Positions 1-13,264 are shown, numbered from the stretch's first letter. The stretch is DNA of 64,000 nt from Euprymna scolopes (GCA_053919585.1 CM132787.1); one strand, 5' to 3'. Notes: a model not told the origin generated them from the sequence alone. Program-made: numbers and translations.

Positions 1-2760
1 TTCTGGTTCTTGCACTGTCGCTTTCTTCTGATTCTGGTTCTTGCACTGTCGCTTTCTTCTGATTCTGGTTCTTGCACTGTCGCTTTATTCTGATTCTGGT
101 TCTTGCACTGTCGCTTTCTTCAGGTTCTGCTTCTGGCACTGTCGCATTCTTGTGATTCTACTTCTGGCAGTATCACTTTCTTCTGGTTCTGCTTCTGCCA
201 CAGTTGCTTTCTTCTGGTTATGCTTCTGGCACTGTCACCTTTTTCTGGTTCTGCTTCTGGCACTGCCCCTTTCTTCTGCTTCTTCTCCTGGAACTGTCGC
301 TTTCTTCTGCTTCTGCTTCTGGCACTGTTGCTTTCTTCTGGTTCTGCTTCTTGCACTGTTGTTTTCTTCTGGTTCTGCTTCTGGCGATGTAGCTTTCTTC
401 TGGTTCTGCTTCTGGCGCTGTAGCTTTCTTCTGGTTCTGCTTCTGCCATTGTCGCTTTCTTCTGGTTCTGCTTCTGGGTCTGTAGCGTTCTTCTTGTTCT
501 TGCTTCTGGCACTGTCGCTTTCTTCTGCTTCAGCTTCTGGCACTATCGCTTTCTTCTGATTCTGCTTCTGGCACCGTCGCTTTCTTCTGATTCTGCTTCT
601 GGCACTGTCGCTTTCTTCTGGTTCTGCCTCTTGCACTGTCGCTTTCTTCTGGTTCTGCTTCTGGCACTGTCGCTTTTTTCTGGTTCTGCTTCTGGCACTC
701 GCTTTTTTCTGGTTCTGCGTCTGGCACTGTCGCTTTCTTCTGGTTCTGTGTCTGATACTGTTTTTTTCTTCTCGTTCTACTTATGGCATTATCACTTTAT
801 TTTTTTCTGCTATGGTATTGTCACTTTCTTCTGGTTCTTCTTTAGGAACGCTTGCTTTCGTATAGTTCTGCGTTTGGCACTGCTGCTTTTTTCTGGTTCT
901 GCGTCTAGCATTTTTGCTTTCTTTTGTGACTGCTAGTGGCGCTGTCTCTTTCTACTTTGACTGCTCCTTCCACTGTCGCTTTCTTCTGTGTCTGCTCCTC
1001 GCACTGTTGCTTTCTTCTGTGTCTGCTCCTCGCACTGTCGTTTCTTCTGTTACTACTTCTGGCACTGTCGTTTCTTCTGTTACTACTTCTGGCACTGTCG
1101 TTTCTTCTGTTACTACTTCTGGCACTGTCGTTTCTTCTGTTAGTTCTTCTGGCACTGTCGCTTTCTTTTCTTACTTCTCCTGGCACTGACGCTTACTTCT
1201 GTGTATGCTTCTGGCACTGTCGCTTTCTTCTTGTTTTGATTTTCGCACACTTGCTTTCTTTTTGATTTTAGAACTGTCGCTTTCTTCTGTTTCTGCTTTA
1301 GCCACTGTCGTCTTCTTCTGGTTCTGCTTCTGACACTGTCGCTCTCTTGTTGTTCCTATTTTGGCACTGTTGTTGTCTTCTTAGTTCTGCTTCTGGTACT
1401 GTCGCTTTCTTCTTAGTTCTGCTTCTGGCACTGTCGCTTTCTTCTAGTTCTGCTTCTGGCACTGTCGCTTTCTTCTGGTTCTGCTTCTGGCACTGTCGCT
1501 TTCTTCTGGTTCTGCTCCTGGCACTGTCGCTTTCTTCTGGTTCTGCTTCTGGCACTGTCGCATTCTTCTGGCTCTGCTTCTGGCACTGTCGCATTCTTCT
1601 GGCTCTGCTTCTGGCACTGTCGCTTTCTTCTGGTTCTGCTTCTGACATGTGCCTTCCTTATGGTTCTACTTCTGCCATTGTCGCTTTCGTTTTGTTCTGC
1701 TTCTACCATTGTCGCTTTCTTCTGGTTCTGCTTCTGTCACTGTCTTTTTCTTCTGTTTCTAGTCCCTGCACTGTCGCTATCTTCTTATTCTGGCTCGTGC
1801 ACTGTCGCTTTCTCCTGGTTCTTGTACTGTCGCTTTCTTCATGTTCTGCTTCTTACACTGTCCTTTTCTTCTGTTTCTGCTTCTGATGATGTAGCTTTCT
1901 TCTGGTGCTGCTTCTGGCGTTGTAGCTTTCTTCTCGTTCTGCTTCTGGCACTGTCGGTTTCTTCTGGTTTTTCTGCTGGCACTGTCGGTTTCAACTGGTC
2001 CTTCTGCTGGCACTGTTGGTTTCTTCTGGTGCTTCTGCTGGCACTGTCGGTTTCTTCTGGTGCTTCTTCTTGTACTGTCGCTTTCTTCTGGTTCTGCTTC
2101 TGGCACTGTCGCTTTCTTCTGGTTCTGCTTCTGGCACTGTCGCTGTCTTCCGGTTCTGCTTCTGACACTGTCGCTTTCTTCTGGTTCTGCTTCTGGCACT
2201 GTCGCTTTCTTCTGGTACTGGTTCTGGCGTTGTCGCTTTCTTCTGGTTCTGCTTCTTGCACTGTCCTTTTCTTCTGTTTCTGCTTCTGATGATGTAGCTT
2301 TCTTCTGGTGCTGCTTCTTGCGTTGTAGCTTTCTTCTCGTTCTGCTTCTGGCACTGTCGGTTTCTTCTAGTTTTTCTGCTGGCACTGTCGGTTTCAACTG
2401 GTCCTTCTGCTGGCACTGTTGGTTTCTTCTGGTGCTTCTGCTGGCACTGTCGCTTTCTTCTGGTTCTTCTTCTTGTACTGTCGCTTTCTTCTGGTTCTGC
2501 TTCTGGCACTGTCGCTTTCTTCTGGTTCTGCTTCTGGCACTGCCGCTTTCTTCTGGTTCTGCTTCTGGCACTGTCGCTTTCTTCTGGTTCTGCTTCTGGC
2601 AATGTCGCTTTCTTCTGGTTCTGCTTCTGGCGTTGTCGCTTTCTTCTGGTGCTGCTTCTGGCGTTGTCGCTTTCTTCTGGTTCTGCTTCTGGCATTGTCG
2701 CTTTCTTCTGGTTCTGCATCTGGCACTGTTGCTTTTCTTGTGTGTTCTTATTGCACGTTT
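1..2760. repeat. 31-bp pyrimidine-rich minisatellite array, consensus TTCTGGTTCTGCTTCTGGCACTGTCGCTTTC; begins before the window start
   Basis: Direct 31-nt periodicity. The ORF track shows the 31-aa cyclic translation KATVPEAEPEESDSARSRTRRKRQCQKQNQK expected for 3x31 nt. There is a 30-nt sub-array at ~1031-1160 and a 403-nt (13-unit) higher-order duplication (TTCTGATGATGTAGC at 1881 and 2284). Confidence 0.95.
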
Positions 2761-3400
2761 TTCTCACGTTTACTTGACCCGCTCTAGCTGTTATACTTCT
2801 CTCATTCGCACCTCCTCTCTGTTCTACTTCGATTGTTCGAGGTCTGTTGCTATTTTATTTCTCATGTTTACGCCCTGTAGCCTTTGCTTTCTTTGTTCGC
2901 GCCCTGTCGCTTTCATGCCTCTTTTTTACGCCCTGTCGCATTTCTCTTCCTTGTTCGCACACGGTCGCATTTATATCTCCCTTATTCGCATCCTGTTGCA
3001 TTCCAATCTACGTTGTTTGCACCCTATGGCATTTCTATCTCAATTGTTGACGCTATCGCAATTTCATATGCAATAATCGTCGCCTATCGGATTTGTGTCT
3101 CCATTGCCTGCGCCATGTCCTTTTTATGTTTGTCGTGACACGACCATGTCTATTTTTACCATGCTTTTTCATGCACGTTCGCTGTTTGGTCTCTCTTATT
3201 CGTTATTATTTCATTATTTATTTAAACAATGATGTCTTTCTTCTACTCAATCTCGTATTTATTGTTACATTTTACTCAAACTGTCGGTTGGTATCTTTCA
3301 TTCCTATAATTCTGCCCCTATAATTTGCACGACCGATTTTTATTTCTTTCTCGCACTATCGGTTTACTTTTTTGCACTGTCGTTAATTTCCATTTGTCAC
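2761..3400. repeat. Degenerate tail of the 31-bp array
   Basis: Recurrent decayed motifs CGCCCTGTCGC/GCACTGTCG in C/T-rich sequence that fades into unique AT-rich DNA. Confidence 0.6.
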
Positions 3401-3734
3401 CCAAGTGCATGAAAATGTTAGCTCTAAATCTCAACAAAATTTCGATTGTGCCATTGCTTTCATGTAACATATATACAACTTATTTACGGCTCCGTTGATT
3501 TCTATATTGAACTGTAGCTTTGTGTACCACATTGAAAATACCATGATACTGTTACCTTTTTGGCGCTACACAACAGCTATATAAAAATAATAAACAATTA
3601 CTGAAATATTTCATAGGTTTCATAACTTTAATTAAATTAGGAAAATTCAGTACATATGTTTACATCATTGCAGCGATCATAAAATATACTGTTTTCAAAT
3701 CATTGTTCTTACATCAAATATATTCTTCGTCATC

Positions 3735-3910
3735 ACTAGGGCTAGTGCAATAGAATATTCCTTTCATTGTTTTGACTCTCGATTATATATCCGACACAGT
3801 TAATAAACCGAAAACCACATTACTCTATATAATAGCATAGAAGATATGATCGGATGTACCCCCGAAGGTCCAAACAATGAAAAGAATAGTATTTTGTCTT
3901 AGCCACAGTA
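3735..3910 (+). repeat. Unclassified dispersed repeat, copy 1 (copy 2 at 28504-28690)
   Basis: ACTAGGGCTA...CTCGATTATATATCCGACACAG-TTAATAAACCGAAAACCACAT...AAAAGAATA aligns by eye with 28504-28690. Confidence 0.7.
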
Positions 3911-5089
3911 ATCACATAGACATTTGAAGTGTTTTTTAATGTAATACATGTATTGGGAAACGTATTGATTTAATCAATTTTGAGAAAGAAATCTCGACCG
4001 TAGAGGAGTTCGTTATGAAATTTATCGATTTATTGTGTACTTATGAAGAGGAAAATAATACATAGGTTCACAGGTAGGAGCTTTTTAAGCATTAATGTAG
4101 CAATAATTTTGGCATTTTTAAACATTTAATCAATATTGTACTTTTTGCAAAATATCTCTAAAAATAGATGATATGATAGAGCGTATTTCTAAAACAGGAA
4201 AAATGAAATTGGTCCTAAAGATATATAATCAAATAAAAGGGTTACGTTTTTATGTTGATGTGTGTTTCGATTAAATTGTAATTCGTTGTCTTTTTAGTAA
4301 ATTTATAACTAACAGTAATAATAGATTGGATGTTATTTGTTTTCTCTCTCGTCATATCAATATGTCAACATTATTTGAGAGATTTACGTATAGAATAGAT
4401 AAATAATGAATTTTTACACTTAATTTATACAGCATATTTAGCATACTCATGAGAATCAGCTTATAAAAAAAACTTTTCCTCATTTTCCTATGAACAAAAG
4501 AGACCAATCGAATGCATTTATTTTCTACAATTTTTTTCTATACAGTTTAAAGTATTCTTCTATGATTTTTCCAATGTAAGATGGTTCATTTTTCTCAATC
4601 TTATTGCACATTTCTTTATGTTAGACATTTTTTTTGTTGATATTTAAATAATTTGGTTCTACTGGGTTATATATTGTCTAAATAAAATCAGCTCATGCCC
4701 TCTTCTACATAATGAATCATCGCCACCTTCGATTTGAGAAATTTCAATTCCGATATTTACATATTTTCTGATGTACATATTTTCTGTGTATATAAGAGTA
4801 TGCTTATATATACACACTTGTTTGTTTAATAGGTTTCTTTGTAAATATAGTAAACAGTATTTGATTAATAGCAAGCAAATTCTTTTTTAGAGTTAAGAAT
4901 AAGTAATATCCGATAATAAATTGAAACGTGTTTAATTATCAAGAAATATTGTAAAATGGAAATGTATTTAACTTATCCTCCTATTTCAGTTGTAAACTAA
5001 ACAAAAACGTTTAAGTGCAGCTAACATGCAAGAATTATTTCATTCATTAGTAAGTGTAGCCAAGTGAGTAATCTCAAAGTGTGTATATT

Positions 5090-5129
<40 letters not shown>

Positions 5130-5140
5130 CATGTGTGTGC

Positions 5141-5350
5141 GTGGTTTGCTTATTATATAAACACTATTAATTACATATATCCATAGATGTTTCAGTCAAC
5201 TCCTTATTAAAGCAGGTCCCCTCATTAAATAAAAAAGGAATGGTATTGAAAACCTCCTTTTTTAGTCATGTAAGGTAATCTTGAATTAGGATGCCACTGA
5301 AACATGTATGAACATATGTAACTAATAATGTTTTTATAATTAACAGACTC
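5141..5350. repeat. Imperfect ~70-bp inverted repeat (fold-back / MITE-like)
   Basis: The reverse complement of 5141-5212 (CTGAAACATCTATGGATATATGTAATTAATAGTGTTTATATAAT) matches 5280-5350 (CTGAAACATGTATGAACATATGTAACTAATAATGTTTTTATAAT). Confidence 0.7.
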
Positions 5351-5355
5351 TATAC

Positions 5356-7720
5356 AGCTGCCAGCATTGCCCCGCTATTTATTGAAACCAACCGCAGGTC
5401 CTTTTTATTTCCTCGTTGTTCCCTTAAGTGCAATTGTCTACATCTCTTTTGCGCTTGGTTCACCCGGTTTTAGTAAGGTAGGACTTCCGGTTCTTCTTAA
5501 TAAGCCTTGTAGCACCTATCATAACTGGTATGATTGATATCTCTCTAAGATTCCAGTTTCTTTTCATACCATATGAGACCTTGATATTTGGTTTATTTCC
5601 CTTTCTTCTATGTTCAGACCTCCATCATTATGGAACACTCACTTCAACAAAGGTTGCAACTCTCTCTCTCTCTCTCTGAATTATTTTCTATAACTATGTC
5701 AAGTTTCACAGCACCAGTTTCAAGGTAGGTTGCTGTAGGGATTACATGGTTGTCATGTATAGTATATAAATCATTTTCAACTATTCTCTCATGTTTATGT
5801 TTCCAGAATTTGCCACTATATTGGATGTTTAATCTTTTACAGCTGGCCCAGTGGATGTACTATGCACTCCATCATGTCTCGCTGTGTAATAGCCATCCTG
5901 TAAAAGAACCTTGTAACTTGATACTATATGACTCACACTTTCCAATTTCGTGCAGCAGAATCTGCATTTGTTGTCATTAGTGAGACCTCTGGAATGAATT
6001 AGTTATCACTCCGTTGTCTTGATCAGCCATTATAACCCTTTCCTAATCTTGATGGAGGTCTTCCATTTGAAGCCAGTCAAGGAGCATTCTTTGTCTATGT
6101 ATTTCTGGAAGAATTCCCCCAGAAAATACTTTGTACGCTTTTGGAAGGTCTCGGTATATTTCTGCTGACTCTAGGGCAGCCTTGTTCAGTGTGTCAGCCT
6201 CATGTGTTAGACAGCCTTGACCAAAATGCATGGCTAGCTGAGTCACTGTTTATTTTCTTGCTGGCTATTGTCTCTTGATTTTCCCATACCACTGAGTGGG
6301 TGTGGTTCAGGGAACTTATCAAATACTGGCTTGTGCTCACTATTGTTGCCCAATGTTGGTGGTTGAACTCTGAGAGCCCTAGCCCTCCTTCTCGCCTGGG
6401 CAAATACAGTCTTGGTAGACAGTGATTTCTATATATTATTTTATGAAGCGTTAGTAGCTTCCGTGGCTGGACATCTAGCCGGTTGATGTATATTTTTGGC
6501 CAGCCAATGATACCAAAACTATGTTATTACTGGCATGGCAAGCTGGTTGACGGCAGCTGTATTTTTATTTGTAAGCTGTGTTCTGCCGATCTTCCTAACA
6601 CGGCGGACATACTCTTTCCCTATCTTCTCCCTCATCTTGGCATGTTTATGTTGTCATGTTCTTCAATTTCTACTTGTAAGGCTCGTGCTCTTCTAGGTCG
6701 CTGATATCAAAGTTTTCATTAAGGTAAATACTTTCTGTGTGGGTTTTCCCCCAGCTCTGAGTGTACAGTTTGCACAGGTATATAGGCCAAACTTCATACC
6801 GATGTCATTGGAGAAGGTGTGTACTACCTGTAGAAGCTTGTGCAGATCGGTGTCAGAGCTGGCAGACAGTTTAATTTCATCCATGAAGAGCATATGATTA
6901 ACTCTCTTGCTCGGATCTCGATGGAGTCCCTGACTGAAATTGTAGGCGGTCGGATTGTTATTCACGAGCTTGCTTAGCGAGTCTATTGCAATACAAGAAC
7001 AAGGGAGAAAAGCTATCACCTTGGAATATTTTCCTTTTCATTTTTACTTTAGGGATTATAGTTTTTCCTCCATTGTGACTCAAAGATAATGTGAAGCTGA
7101 GTCGCCAGTGTTTGTATTAGTGTGTGGATCTTGTATAAATCAAGACACCGAAGTAACCATGAGTGTAGCACGCTGTCCAATGACTTCTGATAATCGATCC
7201 ATGCAGTGATCAGGTTGCTTTGCCTCTTCCTACAGTCTTCTGACATAGTTTTGTTGATCAATAACTGGTCGTTGGCACCTAGGCATTTTCCTCTGAACCC
7301 TGACTGCTCTTTTTAAAGGTAGGCCCACAAAGATAGGTGGTCATATACATCGTCGGCTACCAGACCAGTGAAAAGCGTGCAGGTAGAGGGTAGACAACAT
7401 ATTGGCCTGTATTTATTTGGGAGTTTTCTCCCCTTGTCCCTCAGGGTGGTGTTGGTTCTTCAGCTCGTATCATCTTGGTGAAGCAATCACTTTAGTTGCG
7501 ATGGAGTGTAGTTAATTTTTTCAGCCAGTAGTTTTGACCAGTGTCGATGCCGGGTGCTTTGTGGTTGGATAAGTGTGCCAGTTTTCTTGTTACTGTACAA
7601 GAAGTTATAACTGGTTCTGGAACTGAGGCTTGGTTTCGTTGAGCCTAATAATATCTTTAATCAACTGGACCTCTTGATTGTATTTGCCTTCTGTTTCAAA
7701 AAGTCCTCTGGTTTGTTTTA
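5356..7720 (-). mobile_element. Decayed R4/Dong-like non-LTR retrotransposon (RT + CCHC + restriction-like endonuclease), frameshifted and 5'-truncated
   Basis: Minus-strand motifs in the expected order: NKYRPICCL-like, QSGFRGKCLGANDQLLINK, TAWIDYQKSLDSVLHSWL, FQGDSFSP, VNHMLFMDEIKL, LPRREGGLGL, CRFC..E..SH, then an RLE-like EVSVP..GGLN..IIPVMIGA tail. Confidence 0.9.
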
Positions 7721-8394
7721 AACCACATGATTTGATGCTAAGTGTTTATTTTCGTTTCCTAGTTTTTGATCCTCTGGCAAGTGCTAGTGTATTATAATAT
7801 GTATAAGTAATTTTGTTTTTTCAGAACAAGAATATCCAAACACATCACAAGAATGTGGTTTTTCTCTTTTTTGTTTTATTTTATTTCATTTGAAGCTCTC
7901 GAAAATCAAGGGGCTCATAGCCTGTGACTAACAGTTGAACTCTATATGAGATACATAAATATTTGAATGTTCCATTTAAGTTTTTACCTTTCAAACACAG
8001 TTAGTAAATACATTGAGAACATAAATTTCCTCTCCTCAATTAACCATTTTATATGTTCTAGTATATATTTCATTTCGGTCTCTTGGTCTTACAGGATTCC
8101 AGGACAAGAATTTATCTAGTCTGGTGGAGTATCCGTCTTCGTGCTATACTATGAGCTAACATCACTTGAAGAAGATGCACTTTTCCTCGTAAAAGCTAAC
8201 GTGCGTTAGCCATATTGAGATATTATTTGGGCAGCGAATACTATGTGATTTCGAATATTTGGTCAGGGTTTACTTTTTTGGAAACATTATCCCCATGCCA
8301 GGTTGTTTTGAAAACACCCTATACAGAGGGACCTTAGACACTCGAGGACAGTGTCCGGTAGGAATTACAGTTATCTCTATTTTCTCTTTAAATT

Positions 8395-8872
8395 TTTATT
8401 TTTTTATTTTTCTTCCTTTGAAGTTTGTAATGTTGGGTATGGGGCAGCCAAACCAGCTGCCAACATTGTCCCGCTTTTTATAGAAACCAACCGAGAGCTC
8501 TTTTTTAATATCCTCGTTGTCCCCTTAAGTGCAATTGTCTGGATCTCTTTTACACTTTGTTCACCAGGAATATTAGTTAGGTAGGACTTCAGGTTCTTCT
8601 TCACAAGCCCTTTGGCACCTATGATAACTGGTATGATTGATATCTCCCTAAGATTCCCGTTTCTTTTCATATCATATATGAGACCTTCGTAGTTTGTCTG
8701 TTTCTCTCTTTCAGCTCTGTTCAGACCGCCATCATTAGGAACACTCACTTCAATCAAGGTTGCAATTCTCTCTGACTTATTCCATATAACTATGTCAGGT
8801 TTCACAGCAGCATTGTCAAGGTCGTAGGGATTACATGGTCGTAATGTATGGTATATAAGTCATTTCCAACTC
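8395..8872 (-). mobile_element. 3' fragment of the same R4/Dong-like family: RLE domain, 3' UTR and A-rich tail
   Basis: ORF 8404-8805 encodes KPDIVIWNKSERIATLIEVSVPNDGGLNRAEREKQTNY..IIPVIIGAKG (PD..E..K RLE motif). DNA resembles 5360-5780. Confidence 0.9.
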
Positions 8873-9020
8873 TTTTTTATTTTTGTATTTTCTTCATTTG
8901 AAGATTGTAATGCTGTGCATGGCACAGCACAACCAGCTGTCAACATTGCCCCGTTTCTCATTGAAACCAACCGAGAGCTCTTTTTAGTATCCTCCTGTTC
9001 CCTTAAATGCAATTGCTTGG
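8873..9020 (-). mobile_element. Short 3'-end copy of the R4/Dong-like family, directly abutting the previous copy
   Basis: CAACATTGCCCCGTTTCTCATTGAAACCAACCGAGAGCTCTTTTTAG repeats 8461-8510 and is followed on the minus strand by an A-rich tail. Confidence 0.8.
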
Positions 9021-9149
9021 TCCTCTTGCGTTCTCATATGTCTAACAAAAGAATATTTCAAGAAAGGAATATACACACATTTACAAGAATATAGCTTCTT
9101 GTAAAATGTATGTATATTATTGTTCTAGTAAGATTTTCATCTGGAAAAA

Positions 9150-11204
9150 TATATAAATATACATGTATATATATAAGTATATAAGTACATGTAGATATAA
9201 GTATATAAGTGCATGTATATGTAAGTATATAAGGGCATGTATATATAATTATATAAGTGTATATATAATTATATATATATAATTATATTGGTACATGTAT
9301 ATAATTNNNNNNNNNNNNNNNNNNNNNNNNNNNNNNNNNNNNNNNNNNNNNNNNNNNNNNNNNNNNNNNNNNNNNNNNNNNNNNNNNNNNNNNNNNNNNN
9401 NNNNNNNNNNNNNNNNNNNNNNNNNNNNNNNNNNTGAGTATATATATAAATATATATACAATAATATTAGTATATATAAGTGTGTATACATGAGCATATA
9501 TATATACAATATATATATATATACAATAATATAAGTATATATGCAATAATATAAGTATATATATATACGCAATAATATAGGTAATAATATAAATATATAT
9601 GTAATATTATAAATATGTAATAATATAAGTATATAGATAAAATATAAGTATATAGATAAAATATAAGTATACATACAATAAAATAAGTATATGTATATAT
9701 GCATAATAATATAAATCTATATATAACAATAATACAAATTGGCATATATAATTGTATTAATGTAAATATAACGGTATAAGTGTGCATATAGATATATATA
9801 TATAAGTGCATATAAACAATTGTATAAGTGCATATATAATTGCATATGTAAATAAAATTGTATATGTATATATAATTGTATAAGTGTATATATAATTGCA
9901 TAAGTAAATACAATTGTATATATATATATATATAATTGTATAAGTGTATATATAATTGCATATGCAAATACAATTGTATATGTATATATATATAATTGTA
10001 TAAGTGTATATATAATTGTATAAGTGTACATATATAAGTGGGTATATATAATCGTATGAATATATGTTTATAATAGTATGAGTATATATATATATAATCG
10101 TAAATGTGTGTGTATATATATATAATCGTATAAGTGTATATATAATCGTATACGTGCATATATAATTATATGCGTGTGTATATAATCGTAAAAGTGCGTA
10201 TATAATCGTATAGGGTGATATATAATCGTATGCACGTATACATAAACGTATAAGTGTATATATATAATCGTATGCGTGTATATATATAACCGTATAAATG
10301 CATATATAAGCGTATATGTGNNNNNNNNNNNNNNNNNNNNNNNNNNNNNNNNNNNNNNNNNNNNNNNNNNNNNNNNNNNNNNNNNNNNNNNNNNNNNNNN
10401 NNNNNNNNNNNNNNNNNNNNNNNNNNNNNNNNNNNNNNNNNNNNNNNNNNNNNNNNNNNNNNNATATATAACCGTATAAGTGTATATATTATTATATATA
10501 TATCATTGTATAAGTGTATACATATATATAATTATATAGTTGTATGTATATATATATGTGATTACAACAGTAAATATATATAGAATTGTCCAAGTATATA
10601 TATATAATTATATAAGTGTATACATATGATTATATACGTATATATATAATGTTTAAGTATCTGTTTATATATATGTATATATATATATAATTTTGTAAGT
10701 ATATATATACTCATCTTAGTATATATACACATCTATATATAATCATCTGAGTATGTATATAATTATCTTAGCATATATATATATATATATATATAATTAT
10801 CTTAGTATATGTATAATTTTCTAAGGATAAATATTCGTACAACCTTTTATTAGTGTATATAAAATAATTATATAAGTATAATTATATTGCTATATAACTA
10901 TATATATATAAGTATAATTATATTTATATATATAAATAATTATATAACTATAATTATAATATATATATATATGTATACATATAATATTATATATGTATAT
11001 AAGTATATAATTATATTTTTAAATAATTTTACCAGTATAAATATATTATTATATAAGTGTATATATAAATACATATCATTATATTGTTATATAAGTATAT
11101 ATATGATTATAATTATATTAATATATATATAATTATATACAATTATATAAATATATATAATTATATATATATAAGTATATACATATAATTATATAAGTAT
11201 ATAT
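9150..11204. repeat. AT-rich degenerate satellite (~18-20-nt TATATAATTGTATAAGTG / TATATAATCGTATAAGTG units) interrupted by N gaps
   Basis: Visible recurrent units. Gaps at 9307-9434, 10321-10463 and 11205-11347. Confidence 0.85.
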
Positions 11205-11411
11205 NNNNNNNNNNNNNNNNNNNNNNNNNNNNNNNNNNNNNNNNNNNNNNNNNNNNNNNNNNNNNNNNNNNNNNNNNNNNNNNNNNNNNNNNNNNNNNNN
11301 NNNNNNNNNNNNNNNNNNNNNNNNNNNNNNNNNNNNNNNNNNNNNNNACTGACAGGTACATTTAAAGGAATTACCACTTTGTTAGCAATAAACTACGATG
11401 AATCCACGTAC

Positions 11412-11493
11412 ATTATAATTCTGAACTAGATGTTTAAATCTGTTTTTAGTTAAACTATGAAAACTTGAACGATTTCTGGAGGGATATTTTCTT
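11412..11493 (-). CDS. Weak candidate internal exon (RKYPSRNRSSFHSLTKNRFKHLVQNYN), product unknown
   Basis: Open frame between AAG| and |GTACGT, phase-compatible with the candidate exon at 11624-11732. No homology recognised. Confidence 0.2.
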
Positions 11494-11623
11494 CTTTTCA
11501 ATGAGGATGGAAAAATTATTAATATCAAAATCACACTAAAATTACGGTAAAAATAGCTAACTTTAATTGTTTTAGTATTTATCCCGTAAGAATTTTTAGA
11601 TTTTCTCGCGACAAATCTCTCAC

Positions 11624-11732
11624 ACACTTGGGAAATTCAGTTGCCACCACTTTAAATTGAGAAACATTTTCAAACCTTCTTGATTACCCTTGCGAATTTT
11701 ACGTGCAATTGTACGTAGTAAATAATCTTCTG
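11624..11732 (-). CDS. Candidate internal exon (EDYLLRTIARKIRKGNQEGLKMFLNLKWWQLNFPS), product unknown
   Basis: Acceptor TTCTTTTCCTCAG, donor GTGAGA, and a stop-free protein-like frame. Confidence 0.3.
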
Positions 11733-12498
11733 CTGAGGAAAAGAATTGGATGTATATAATCTTATTAAAATTTAAACTGACAAATAATTGATTGAGAGAG
11801 GAATTGCATATGCACACATACAACATTTCTCTGCTTGTGCATTCACGTGAATACGAACAAGAGAGTAACATGAAACGGACAATTACATACAGTTTAATTT
11901 TTTTAATAAACATAACATTATTCTTGCCACACGATATTTTGTTTTCTAGGAGTTACACATCTGTTTCAAACATGTTGACTTCGAAGTACAAACGTAATTC
12001 TGATTGATATTAAAAAAAAGTTAACGTATCCCAAATAAGGCGATTTCTTCATGCGTTTTCATGCACGAAAAGCGACTTCTTCATTTACGTAAATTAATTC
12101 CAATGAAGTGATCTAATCTAACTTATATAAAAAAAAAAACAATAAAATGTTAATATATAGATGCGTGTGTGTTCATGTGTATACGTATGTATATAAATAC
12201 GCATACATTTTTATGAATATAGGTTAATATGCGCATTACGCAGATCTGTCCGTGGATGCATTTCACTAATAAAATTACATTTCAGCGAATATTAATCGCA
12301 AATTAAATTCTATGGCATAAATATATTCGCAGTTTGAATGAAAAATGAAGAAAAAATATTCGCGAGATATCATTTGGAATGCTATTTATATACCACATAT
12401 GACGTATCATGAAATGAATGAAAAAGTAATGTTAGAAAATACATTATCGTAAAGATGAGAATAATCATTACTATTTCTGTAGAGGCAATATCTATCTA

Positions 12499-12549
<51 letters not shown>

Positions 12550-12552
<3 letters not shown>

Positions 12553-13262
12553 CTAAATTAAGCGTTGTTGACTGGGTTCAAAAACAGCCTACAGAAAATG
12601 GACTCTTATTTATGAAAGTATGATAGGTTTTGAAAAGGAAGGGTTGTAAAGCGATAACTTCGAATTTGGGGGCATCAAAACCAAAGCAAAATATGATGAA
12701 AGTAAAAATAAAATAGATAAACCCAATAATTTATGATAATATACCTGTTCACACTGAAACACTTATCACAATATTCTGTGGATCTATATTAAAAAAAAAA
12801 ACTTGTTAAACTTTGTGACATATTTCCATTATATGGAGGTCAGTCGCGAACGAACACCCCATAACTTGTTATACCATGTTTCTTCAAACTGAAACATAAT
12901 TGTCAAAATATACGTACGCAGATAGATATGAAAAGTCTTTATTAGGTGTGTGCCTACTTCCATTCTATGGACGGCACGCGCGAAGTAAAAATATAGTTAT
13001 CAAATTATTATTAAGTACATCTATATCAAAAACACTTGTAAACGTTTTTTTTTTTTAATTTTTAATTTTTTTTCCATATTTTGTGGACCAGGCGCGAACG
13101 CAGACCCACAATTTTAATGAATCATCATTATGGCAGATAAACATACCCATTCCTGTGTCGATACACCTTCTATCATTATATGTGATAAGTTTTCTATAAT
13201 AGTCAACCATATAGGAGCCTATTCGTGACCAGACACACACAGACGTTCAGCTTTATATTATA
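12550..13262 (-). mobile_element. Non-autonomous Helitron family A, copy 1 (3' end decayed)
   Basis: Highly similar to 13265-14010 and to the reverse complement of 35214-36050. The 5' end on the minus strand reads TAATATAAAGCTGAACGTCTGTGTGTG. Confidence 0.8.
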
Positions 13263-13264
13263 TA

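Noticed and set aside
41-3076. Many long overlapping ORFs (up to 338 aa) on both strands
   Set aside because: They are the translation of a stop-free 31-bp repeat; all frames are open and broken by indels.
9249-11377. I/Y-rich ORFs and ORFs containing X
   Set aside because: Translations of TA-rich satellite and N gaps.
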